Assembly: GCA_964618765.1 (NCBI GenBank)
Contig: CAZUDZ010000002.1
Span: 66,129 to 130,128, forward strand
DNA length: 64,000 nt
From: an uncultured Candidatus Saccharibacteria bacterium
GTDB lineage: Bacteria; Patescibacteriota; Dojkabacteria; SC72
Direction: 5' to 3'
A model generated the notes under the pieces. The model had not been told where the DNA came from. It made no database searches and saw only the letters and a list, made by a program, of their open reading frames with translations. This document shows, one piece after another, positions 9,892 to 18,533 of the stretch. Position numbers and translations under genes: made by a program. Numbering within the stretch: position 1 is the stretch's first letter; every line of letters begins with the position of its first letter.

Positions 9892-11611
9892 TTTCTGCTT
9901 CTTTTAAAAGATTATTTATTTTTGTTAACTCCTCTAAGTGCTTTTCTGCTTCTTTCTGCCTGTGGTTTTCTTCCGCGAAAGCGACCTTCATACTAACATC
10001 TTTCTGTTTCACTTTCAGGTTATCAATAATGATTCGTCTTCTCACCTTCTTGAGTTCATCCAAGATTTCTTTTTTAGTAGGAGTCTCTGTTAGGTTAAAG
10101 ATGATATTTTCGAAACTCTCTGAGACTTCTTGGTTATCATGAAGCTTTGTGTAAAGAAGCTCTTTGCCTTTCTTGTGGTGAGCAAGGATTTCGGAGTAGA
10201 GTTTCTGTAGTAGGGGTGGGCGGATCTGTTCTTTTTCAAGTAAGATTTCCTCTGGTATTTTGTCTAGTAGTAACAGCAACTGGAGAAACTCCTTATAGAT
10301 TTTATTATCGGTCTCTTTCACACGAATTTTTGTTTCATGGTAATCTGAGGGGTTTTTACGGCTGTCAGAAATTGTTGTCTTAATTGAATCTATCTTGGTA
10401 ATGCTCGCAGCTTTGTTGCTATAGTATTTTTTAATGTCCTCATCTTTTACCGAAGAAATCAGGGAGCCTATAAAGTTTCTCACCCTCCCGAGGTCTTCTA
10501 GCCTGTTGAGGTTCTTCTGGTCTATATATTGCTCTAGAATAAAGAAGAATGCTTCCTTCTTGTTCTTAATTAGGGTTTTCATTCTCTTGGGATCTTTTTG
10601 TAATAATTCGTCTATATCTTTATAAGGTTCTGATGTTGTTGCGTATGGGGTTAATTTTAATTCTGATGCTAATTTAAATGCCCGCAATAGTGCGGATTTC
10701 CCAGCTTCGTCGCTATCAAAGAAAAAGAGAACATTCTTAGTTATCTTGGAGAGGTTTTCTAATTGTTCTTTTGTTAAGCCGGTTCCTAGTGGAGCTACAA
10801 TATTTTTAATGTTATGTTGATGTGAAGCCATTACGTCGGTTGATCCTTCACAGATTATTGCTAAATCGCTCTTTCTAATCTCTTGTCTAGATTCGTACTG
10901 TCCGAAGAGATTCTCTTTCTTATGGAAAATTGGAGTGTCTGGGGAATTCATGTATTTGGGTCCCCAATCGTTGCCTGGAAGCACTCTTCCAGTAAATGCA
11001 ATGACCTTCCCCCTTTTGGATCTAATGGGGAACATAATTCTGTCATAAAATTTCTCCTTTACTTCCTTGTTTTTTAGCGTGAAAAGGCCTGAATCTAGAA
11101 GTTCTCGTTGTTTGTACTCTTTACTTCTTAACAAATACTCCTTAAGCTTTGAATTCTTTGGAGCATATCCCACACCAAATTCTTTTAAGATATCTTTATT
11201 AAAACCTCTTTTCTGCATGTAAGAAAGTGCGCTAGGACTTTCTTTTAACTGATTGTAGAAATAGGTAGTTGCTTTGTAATTAATTTCTTCGAGAGTTTTG
11301 TATTTTGAGTCATAGGAAGATTTTTGAAGCTCAACACCGGCTTCCTTAGCAAGTTTCTCTAATGCTTCTGGGAAATCTATATTTTCTATTTCTTGTAAAA
11401 AATTGAATATATCCCCTGTCTGACCACAACCGAAACATTTATATCTTTGTAAGTCTGGACTTACAATGAAAGAGGGGGTTTTCTCTGTATGGAAGGGACA
11501 AAGTCCAGAGAAGTTTTTACCAGTAGGTTTCAATTTAACATATTTACCAACGACACTAACAACATCTAGCCTGTTTTTAATTTCTTCTATTTGATTGTTG
11601 GAAGAGTTCAT
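9884..11611 (-). CDS. dnaG: DNA primase
   Basis: CHC2 zinc finger (CPFHTEKTPSF, CFGC), RIMFPI, KYMNSPDT, TOPRIM CEGSTD / FDSDEAG. Confidence 0.96.
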   Translation of the reverse strand: MNSSNNQIEEIKNRLDVVSVVGKYVKLKPTGKNFSGLCPFHTEKTPSFIVSPDLQRYKCFGCGQTGDIFNFLQEIENIDFPEALEKLAKEAGVELQKSSYDSKYKTLEEINYKATTYFYNQLKESPSALSYMQKRGFNKDILKEFGVGYAPKNSKLKEYLLRSKEYKQRELLDSGLFTLKNKEVKEKFYDRIMFPIRSKRGKVIAFTGRVLPGNDWGPKYMNSPDTPIFHKKENLFGQYESRQEIRKSDLAIICEGSTDVMASHQHNIKNIVAPLGTGLTKEQLENLSKITKNVLFFFDSDEAGKSALLRAFKLASELKLTPYATTSEPYKDIDELLQKDPKRMKTLIKNKKEAFFFILEQYIDQKNLNRLEDLGRVRNFIGSLISSVKDEDIKKYYSNKAASITKIDSIKTTISDSRKNPSDYHETKIRVKETDNKIYKEFLQLLLLLDKIPEEILLEKEQIRPPLLQKLYSEILAHHKKGKELLYTKLHDNQEVSESFENIIFNLTETPTKKEILDELKKVRRRIIIDNLKVKQKDVSMKVAFAEENHRQKEAEKHLEELTKINNLLKEAEND

Positions 11612-11654
11612 ATGTACCTAAATTATACCATTTTTAGGTAATTTAAAGAGATTA

Positions 11655-12602
11655 CTACTCACAGGAAAGTTGATTGTCAGCAATTTCACATGTTAACTCT
11701 GCAACTCCAGCCCCTTGGTTTGTTCGCCATTGAATAGTTTCTCCGTTGTAAAGAACCTTTGTGTTACTAACTCTCCCAGTTATTATGTAAAGTTTTTCTT
11801 TTATGGTAAATTCCTGCTTTGAGGGTTGTATAACCTCGGAAAGTTTGTTTTCGTCGTCAATGTCTAACCTTACCCAGGCAGGAGAATCAAATACTTCTAC
11901 TGTAATCGTATTTTCTCCAATCTCTTCTTTTTCTTCTTTCTTAACATCTTCTGTATCTTTTACATAGGTGACTTTTACAACCTCAACTCTTTCTAAAGAG
12001 CTATTCTTTCTTGCTTTTACTGTTACTGTATTGGAACCTTCTTTGAGGGCTATTTCTTTTTGGAAGGATCCATCATCCTCAATTTCTACTGCAGTTCCAT
12101 TAATTTCTAGAGTAACCTCTTTACTGGTTTCTCCTTTGAGTAAAATATCCTCAGAAGTTACTGTGCTTTCGTTTTGTGGTTGTGTAATCAGTAATTTCGG
12201 TGGGCTTTGGAATTTATATATTTGAAACCCTATATATCCTACAACCAAGAGTAAGAAGGTAATTAAAAAGATAGTGAGAAGGCTTTTAGGGTTTAAGAAA
12301 CTTAATGCTTTTTTCTTTCTATTGGTAAATACTTCCTCTCTAACTTCTTTTACCTTGTCTGTACTTTTCCTTGGGTTACTTCTTCTGTAAAGGGCCAGTA
12401 TCTTGCTTGTGTCTAATTCTAAGTACTGTGCGTATATTTTTATGAATCCTGTTAGGAACACCTCCGAGTCAAAGTAATCGAACTGATTATTTTCTATATA
12501 TTCAAGAAATCGTTTTTGAATCTTTGTATCTAAAGAGACTTTCTCTAGGCTTCTTTTAAGAATCTCTCTCTTGTTTTTTAAAACTTCTCCGGCTGTAAGC
12601 AT
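11655..12602 (-). CDS. RodZ-like HTH membrane protein with Ig-like extracellular domains
   Basis: HTH_25-type N-terminus (GEVLKNKRE...FLEYIE...GFIKIYAQYL), TM, Ig-like (LKEGSNTVTVKA) domain, C-terminal AWVRLDID; follows ftsK as rodZ often does. Confidence 0.75.
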   Translation of the reverse strand: MLTAGEVLKNKREILKRSLEKVSLDTKIQKRFLEYIENNQFDYFDSEVFLTGFIKIYAQYLELDTSKILALYRRSNPRKSTDKVKEVREEVFTNRKKKALSFLNPKSLLTIFLITFLLLVVGYIGFQIYKFQSPPKLLITQPQNESTVTSEDILLKGETSKEVTLEINGTAVEIEDDGSFQKEIALKEGSNTVTVKARKNSSLERVEVVKVTYVKDTEDVKKEEKEEIGENTITVEVFDSPAWVRLDIDDENKLSEVIQPSKQEFTIKEKLYIITGRVSNTKVLYNGETIQWRTNQGAGVAELTCEIADNQLSCE

Positions 12603-12606
12603 GTTC

Positions 12607-14871
12607 CTATTCTACTACTTCTTGCGTGTCTGCGTCATCCTCTGTGAGTTTCTCAGATATCTGGTCTGGGGAGGTTATGAGAACTTTTCGTGGTTTAGAG
12701 CCTCTCTGGGGTCCTATAACTCCAGCTTCGTGTAGTTGGTCAATGATTCTTGCGGCCTTGTTGTATCCGATTCTCATTTTTCTTTGAAGGAAAGAGGAAG
12801 AGGCTCTCTGGGAAGACACTACTACTGCAAGAGCTTTCTCAAATTCAGGATCCCTTTGTTTCTGTCCTCCTGGTGAGTCATCGCTTGGTCCTTTCTCTAT
12901 GGCTTCTGCAAGATCTTCTGAGTATTTAACTTCTTCCTCGTCTACCTGATCTTTTATTGCCAGAATTACCATTTCAGAGTCTTCGGTAGTTGTGTTTGTT
13001 CCTTGTATTCTCAAAGCTTTTGGTGTGGTTTGATCTTTGTAGAGCATGTCTCCATTCCCAAGGAGGGTCTCAGCTCCAGATTCATCTAAGATTACCCTAG
13101 AATCCATACTGGTAGCGACAGCGAATGCCATTCTTCCTGGGATATTTGATTTAATTAATCCGGTTATTACATTAACAGTAGGCTTCTGTGTAGCTAGAAT
13201 TAAGTGTATTCCTACAGCTCTTCCCATTTGAGCAAGTCTTTGAATTTTAGTTTCAACTTCTAGTGCAGATGTCAGTATTAAATCTGCCATTTCATCTATT
13301 ACAACTATGATATATGGCATGGCTAGATATCCTACTTTCTTGTTGTACTCAGTTAATTTTTTAACTCTAACTTGTTTCAATTGCCTGTATCTTCTCATCA
13401 TCTCTTCTATTGTCCATTGCAAGGCATTAATAACGGATTCAGGGTCTGTTATGACAGGATTGAGAAGGTGAGGAATTCCATTGTATATGGACATTTCTAC
13501 TCCCATTTTAGGGTCTATCATTAAAAACTTCACTTCATCTGGACTTTTGGTCATCAAAAGACCTGTTAGTAAAGAATTAATTGCAACGGATTTCCCTGTT
13601 CCTGTAGCACCAGCGACAAGGAGATGTGGGATTTTTGCAAGATCTTTGATTCTTGTTTTTGCTGTAATATCTTTACCTAAAATCAATGGTAACTCGTATT
13701 TCTCTTTCTCTTTATTAAGCCTTGCTACCATCTCTTTGGCGTAGACGAAGTTAGGTGTAGGATTGGGGATTTCTACTCCAACATATGAAGTTCCTGGTAT
13801 GGGAGCTTCTATCCTTACAGATGATGTTTGTGAGGCTAGTGCTAATGCTAAATCATTGCTAAGGTTTTTAATTCTAGAAACCTTTGTTCCCACACTAATA
13901 CTTAAAGAGAACCTTAATACAGTAGGGCCTACTGCGACAGCGACTACAGTTCCTTGTATCCCGAAACTTCTTAATGTTTTTTCAATGATTAAAGCTTTTT
14001 CTTTGTAAAGTTCCTTGTCCTGTTCTTGTACCTGTGGCTCTTCTAGGATATCTGGGCTAGGGAATCTCCAGTTTTGGTATCTTGGCTTGTCAGGCTCTTT
14101 CTCTTCTGTCCCATCAGGAATGTTACTGCTCTTGACCGGATCATCAGAGTCAGAGCTTTCTTCTTGTGCTCTCTCTGATTCCTTTGTCCTGTCTTCAGTA
14201 AGAATACTATCAAGCCTTTTCTGAATTTCCTCTTCACTCTCTGGTTTTGGAGTATCATCATCGGCTTCCTCTTGCTCTATTGGAATAGCTAGATTGCTAG
14301 GGGTTTTTGTAGGAGAAAATCTTTTTAAGAAGGATCTAAGGAAGGAATCTGTCTTTTTCTCTTCCTCTGGTACAGAATCTTCAAGGAAATCTCTAATCTG
14401 TTCTAGTGTGGTCCCTGTTATCAAGGAGAAAGAGATGATTAGTAATATTAGTACAATTATTATTTCAATGAAGCTTCCAAAGAAATTGTTTAGGGACAGG
14501 TGGAGTACTTTTCCTAATTGCCCACCAGCTCCTCTTAGTGCGCTATTGCTCTCCAACTGTTCTTCAATCAGCCAGAAAGAGAGTAGTACGGTTAAACAGA
14601 GAGAGAAAAGAAGCAACCCTATGGCTTGTTTGGTAGAGGTAAATTTCCTTTTTTTGGTAAGAAGAAAAAGGGAGAGATATATTACAAGGGTGCCCCAAGC
14701 AATGGAGGAGTAGCCTAGGGAAAGCGTTACTTGGTCAAACAGAGGGGAATCTTCTGGTATGAAGGGGGAGATGAGGATGGAGAGTCCGACAAGGAAAAGG
14801 ATTAAACCGAATAAGATTTTGGTCTCACTGCTTTGAATAGTAATTGTTTTTTTCTTTTTCTTTCTGGGCAT
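12607..14871 (-). CDS. ftsK: DNA translocase FtsK/SpoIIIE
   Basis: 4-TM N-terminus, PHLLVAGATGTGKS, IDEMADL, GIHLILATQKP, gamma domain LQRKMRIGYNKAARI. Confidence 0.96.
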   Translation of the reverse strand: MPRKKKKKTITIQSSETKILFGLILFLVGLSILISPFIPEDSPLFDQVTLSLGYSSIAWGTLVIYLSLFLLTKKRKFTSTKQAIGLLLFSLCLTVLLSFWLIEEQLESNSALRGAGGQLGKVLHLSLNNFFGSFIEIIIVLILLIISFSLITGTTLEQIRDFLEDSVPEEEKKTDSFLRSFLKRFSPTKTPSNLAIPIEQEEADDDTPKPESEEEIQKRLDSILTEDRTKESERAQEESSDSDDPVKSSNIPDGTEEKEPDKPRYQNWRFPSPDILEEPQVQEQDKELYKEKALIIEKTLRSFGIQGTVVAVAVGPTVLRFSLSISVGTKVSRIKNLSNDLALALASQTSSVRIEAPIPGTSYVGVEIPNPTPNFVYAKEMVARLNKEKEKYELPLILGKDITAKTRIKDLAKIPHLLVAGATGTGKSVAINSLLTGLLMTKSPDEVKFLMIDPKMGVEMSIYNGIPHLLNPVITDPESVINALQWTIEEMMRRYRQLKQVRVKKLTEYNKKVGYLAMPYIIVVIDEMADLILTSALEVETKIQRLAQMGRAVGIHLILATQKPTVNVITGLIKSNIPGRMAFAVATSMDSRVILDESGAETLLGNGDMLYKDQTTPKALRIQGTNTTTEDSEMVILAIKDQVDEEEVKYSEDLAEAIEKGPSDDSPGGQKQRDPEFEKALAVVVSSQRASSSFLQRKMRIGYNKAARIIDQLHEAGVIGPQRGSKPRKVLITSPDQISEKLTEDDADTQEVVE

Positions 14872-15011
14872 TTGTATAGTATATAATATGATATTAAAAA
14901 TATTTTTACAAAGATACAGGGTACAGTATATAATAAATGTATCAGAAAAATTCTAAAAATGGTATAAATACCTTTTTTGGAATGGTCATATTTGGATTAC
15001 AACAATACTCT

Positions 15012-15040
15012 TTGACTATTCTACATAAATATGATAATAT
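15012..15040 (+). promoter_or_regulatory. Sigma-70 promoter of rpoB operon
   Basis: TTGACT(15012-15017)-N17-TAATAT(15035-15040) with TGn extension. Confidence 0.7.
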
Positions 15041-15149
15041 CCTTCGAGTTGTTAATTTTGTCTTTAGGGCGGTATAATCTAGTTTTTGGATCTACGATGA
15101 ATACTGTCCCAGTTTGTAATACCTTATAACATTACTAAAAATTTATCCT

Positions 15150-18100
15150 ATGGTAAAGCCCAAACGCAATAGATCCGGGAGAATAAATTTGGGGTTAGGT
15201 TATTCTGGAGAGGTAGAATTTCCTAGTCTCATAGAGGCTCAGTTAAAATCTTTCCAGGATTTTTTAGACCACGGTTTCCAAAATCTTTTCACTACTATCA
15301 ATCCAGTGAAAGATACAATGGAAAGAATGTGGACTTTAGAATTTAAAGATTTTAAATATGGTGAGCCATATAGAAGTATAGATGAAGCAATAACCAAAGG
15401 TCTTTCTTACGAAGTACCTGTCTATGCAAAAGTTCAGCTTTTAAATAACAGAACAGGAGAGATAAAGGAGCAAGAGATTTTTGTTACAGATATCCCAATA
15501 ATGACACATGATGGAGTTTTTGTGTTTAATGGGGTTAGAAGAGTTGTTACTCATCAGATTGTAAGATCAGAAGGAGTTTTGTATGAGAAGACTGAGAAAC
15601 TTCCCTTAAGAACTCTGTATAAGGTTAGATTAATGCCAGGAAGAGGGCCTTGGTATGAGATTGATACAAACAAACATAATGTCATATCAATGCGAATACT
15701 TCCTAAAAGACCAAAGGTTTTGATAACAGAGCTTCTTAGGGTTTTTGGGTGGGAGAGTGATGATGAGATAAGGAAACTTTTTGCAGATGTAGATACACAT
15801 GAGGAGAATAAATATATAGAGGCAACCCTTGCAAGAGATTTTACCAACAACAAGGAGGAAGCAGTAATTAGTGTATACAATAAGCTTCGACCTGATGAGT
15901 CTGTTACATTAGAGAGTGCCGAAAGATATATTAAGAGTAACTTCTTTAATCCTAGGAAATTTGATCTTGGGAGGATAGGAAGGTATCAGCTAAATAGAAA
16001 ACTAGGAACGGACTATGATATTAATGGTCCAGGAGAAATGGTGTTGTATCCTTCGGATATAACCCTCATTGTTAAGAGATTAATCCAAATGAACAATGGA
16101 GAGGTAGAGCCAGATGACATAGATCATCTTTCTAATAGAAGGATCAGAAGTGTTGGAGAAATCCTCGAAAGACAGTTAGCTAACGGGATTAGAAGGTTAG
16201 AGAAAAATATTAGAGACAAGATGAGCTTGTATGGACAAGATGCGAAGGTTACTCCTTCTATGCTTGTTAGTACAAAGCCCATAGCTGCATCAATACAGTC
16301 ATTCTTTGGGTCTAACGCTCTTTCTGGCTTCATGGATCAGACCAATGTTCTTTCTGAGTTAGAAAACAAAAGGAAAGTAACCGCCGGAGGACCAGGGGGA
16401 ATAGCGAAACAGAGAGCAACATTCTCCATAAGAGAGGTACATAATTCTCATTACTCTAAATTTGATCCAGTAACAAGTCCTGAGAGTTCAAATATCGGAG
16501 TTGTAGTCCAGTTAGCTATGCTTTCCAGAATTAATGAGTTTGGTTTCTTAGAAGCACCTTACAGAAAGGTAGTAAATAGGGTTAATAATAATAAAACAAA
16601 CTTAAAAGGTAGAATAATTGGGAAAAGCATTAAGGATGGTAACAAAGTAGTTGCGAAGAAAGGAGATAGAGTAGATGAGAAATTAATAGAGAAACTTACA
16701 AAGATAAAGGGTCTAAAAACAGTGAAAGTAATGCCATTCATAACGGATGAGATAGAGTATCTAGATGCAATGGATGAGGAGAAACACTACATCTCTACAG
16801 CAACAATTACTACAGATGAGGATAACAATATAACAGATACACTAATTCCTGTAAGACATGGAGGAGATTTCATGATGGAGGCTGTAGATATTGTTAAATA
16901 TGTAGATGTCTTGGCAAGTCAACAGGCAGGACTTGGTATGGCATTGATTCCTTTTGTTTCTCATAATGACGCAATGCGTGCTTTAACAGGTTCAAATATG
17001 CAGAGACAAGCAGTTCCACTGGTAAAACAAGAATCTCCTTTAATTGGAACAGGTGTGGAAGAGACAGTCGCTAGACAGTCTTCATGGGGAATTTTTGCGA
17101 AAGAAGATGGGGAAGTGCAGTATGTAGATGCCAAGAGATTATCTGTTAAGTATCAAAAGGAGGGGATAAAAGAGTATCCTCTCGCAACCTTCTATAGAAG
17201 TAATGACAATACTAGTTTTTCACAGAAACCAGTTGTTAGGGCAGGAGACAAATTTAAGAAAGGAGAAATCCTAGCAGATGGCCCAACTATGATTAATGCA
17301 GAGCTTTCAGTAGGAATCAATCTTAAAGCAGCCCTTATGTTCTACGAAGGATATAACTATGAAGACTCAGTCATAATATCAGAGAGAATTGTAAGAGATG
17401 ATCTTTTAACCTCTATACATATCAGAGAATATACAATATCTGTGAGAGATACAGAACTTGGCCCTGAAGTAATAACTGCAGACATACCCCATGTTAATGA
17501 AAGAATTTTGAGAAAACTAGATGCACAAGGAGTTGTAAGAGATGGAGTAAAAGTTAAGTCTGGGGATATTTTAGTAGGAGTAGTAGCTCCTAGAGGAGAG
17601 AAAGAGTTAACAGCAGAGGAAAGATTACTCAGAGCAATCTTTGGAGAATCTGCAAGCGATGTTAGAGATAACTCACTTAGAATTCCTCATGGAGAAGAGG
17701 GTATCGTTATCCGAAGCCAAATACTTTCTGCAGATAAAGGTGACAAATTAAGACCAGGCGTATTACATGAGTTAAGAGTTTGGGTTGCAAACACTAAAAA
17801 GATTGATTTTGGGGATAAAATTGCAGGAAGACATGGAGATAAAAATACAATAGCGGCAATTAGACCATTAGAAGACATGCCATTTACAGAAGATGGCGAA
17901 CCAGTAGATATTGTACTTACTCCAACATTCCTAAAACGAATGAACATGGGACAAGCAGAGGAGGTTCATTTTGGGAAGTATGCACAAATACTAAATGAAA
18001 GGTTAGCATTCCCAATTTTTGAAGGAGAAAATCTTAAGTGGCTTGAAAGAAAACTCAAGAAGGCTGGTGCAGATATGGCAGAGAAAGAAGATTTGTATGA

Positions 18101-18533
18101 TGGAAGAACTGGGAAAAAATTCCCAAGGAAAGTTACTGTTGGGACAAAATATGTTCTTAAACTGCATCATATTGCGGATGAGAAAGTACATGCAAGATCA
18201 ACGGGACCATACACTGCAGTATCACAACAGCCATTAGGAGGAAAAGCTCAGATGGGAGGTCAGAGATTTGGGGAAATGGAGGTCTGGGCATTAGAGGCTC
18301 ATGCAGCACCTTATGCTCTCCAGGAAATGCTAACAATCAAATCTGATGACATTAAGGGTAGATCCGCTGCTTACAAAGCAATTATACATGGGGAAGAAAT
18401 TGAAAATGTAAATATCCCAGAATCATTTAAGGTACTAGTCAAAGAACTGAATGCTCTTTGTCTCAACCTTGATTTAATTTCAACAAAACCAAATATTGAA
18501 GAAAAGGAGGTAAAAGAAGATGAAGAAAAGTAA
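15150..18533 (+). CDS. rpoB: RNA polymerase beta subunit
   Basis: DDIDHLSNRRIRSVGE, RALTGSNMQRQA, GYNYEDS, GDKIAGRHG, HARSTGPY, GGQRFGEMEVWALEA. Confidence 0.98.
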   Translation: MVKPKRNRSGRINLGLGYSGEVEFPSLIEAQLKSFQDFLDHGFQNLFTTINPVKDTMERMWTLEFKDFKYGEPYRSIDEAITKGLSYEVPVYAKVQLLNNRTGEIKEQEIFVTDIPIMTHDGVFVFNGVRRVVTHQIVRSEGVLYEKTEKLPLRTLYKVRLMPGRGPWYEIDTNKHNVISMRILPKRPKVLITELLRVFGWESDDEIRKLFADVDTHEENKYIEATLARDFTNNKEEAVISVYNKLRPDESVTLESAERYIKSNFFNPRKFDLGRIGRYQLNRKLGTDYDINGPGEMVLYPSDITLIVKRLIQMNNGEVEPDDIDHLSNRRIRSVGEILERQLANGIRRLEKNIRDKMSLYGQDAKVTPSMLVSTKPIAASIQSFFGSNALSGFMDQTNVLSELENKRKVTAGGPGGIAKQRATFSIREVHNSHYSKFDPVTSPESSNIGVVVQLAMLSRINEFGFLEAPYRKVVNRVNNNKTNLKGRIIGKSIKDGNKVVAKKGDRVDEKLIEKLTKIKGLKTVKVMPFITDEIEYLDAMDEEKHYISTATITTDEDNNITDTLIPVRHGGDFMMEAVDIVKYVDVLASQQAGLGMALIPFVSHNDAMRALTGSNMQRQAVPLVKQESPLIGTGVEETVARQSSWGIFAKEDGEVQYVDAKRLSVKYQKEGIKEYPLATFYRSNDNTSFSQKPVVRAGDKFKKGEILADGPTMINAELSVGINLKAALMFYEGYNYEDSVIISERIVRDDLLTSIHIREYTISVRDTELGPEVITADIPHVNERILRKLDAQGVVRDGVKVKSGDILVGVVAPRGEKELTAEERLLRAIFGESASDVRDNSLRIPHGEEGIVIRSQILSADKGDKLRPGVLHELRVWVANTKKIDFGDKIAGRHGDKNTIAAIRPLEDMPFTEDGEPVDIVLTPTFLKRMNMGQAEEVHFGKYAQILNERLAFPIFEGENLKWLERKLKKAGADMAEKEDLYDGRTGKKFPRKVTVGTKYVLKLHHIADEKVHARSTGPYTAVSQQPLGGKAQMGGQRFGEMEVWALEAHAAPYALQEMLTIKSDDIKGRSAAYKAIIHGEEIENVNIPESFKVLVKELNALCLNLDLISTKPNIEEKEVKEDEEK

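Noticed and set aside
14951-14982. Imperfect inverted repeat TTCTAAAAATGGTAT/ATACCTTTTTTGGAA between ftsK and rpoB; considered as oriC or ncRNA
   Set aside because: No DnaA-box cluster seen; mostly A/T tracts; insufficient evidence
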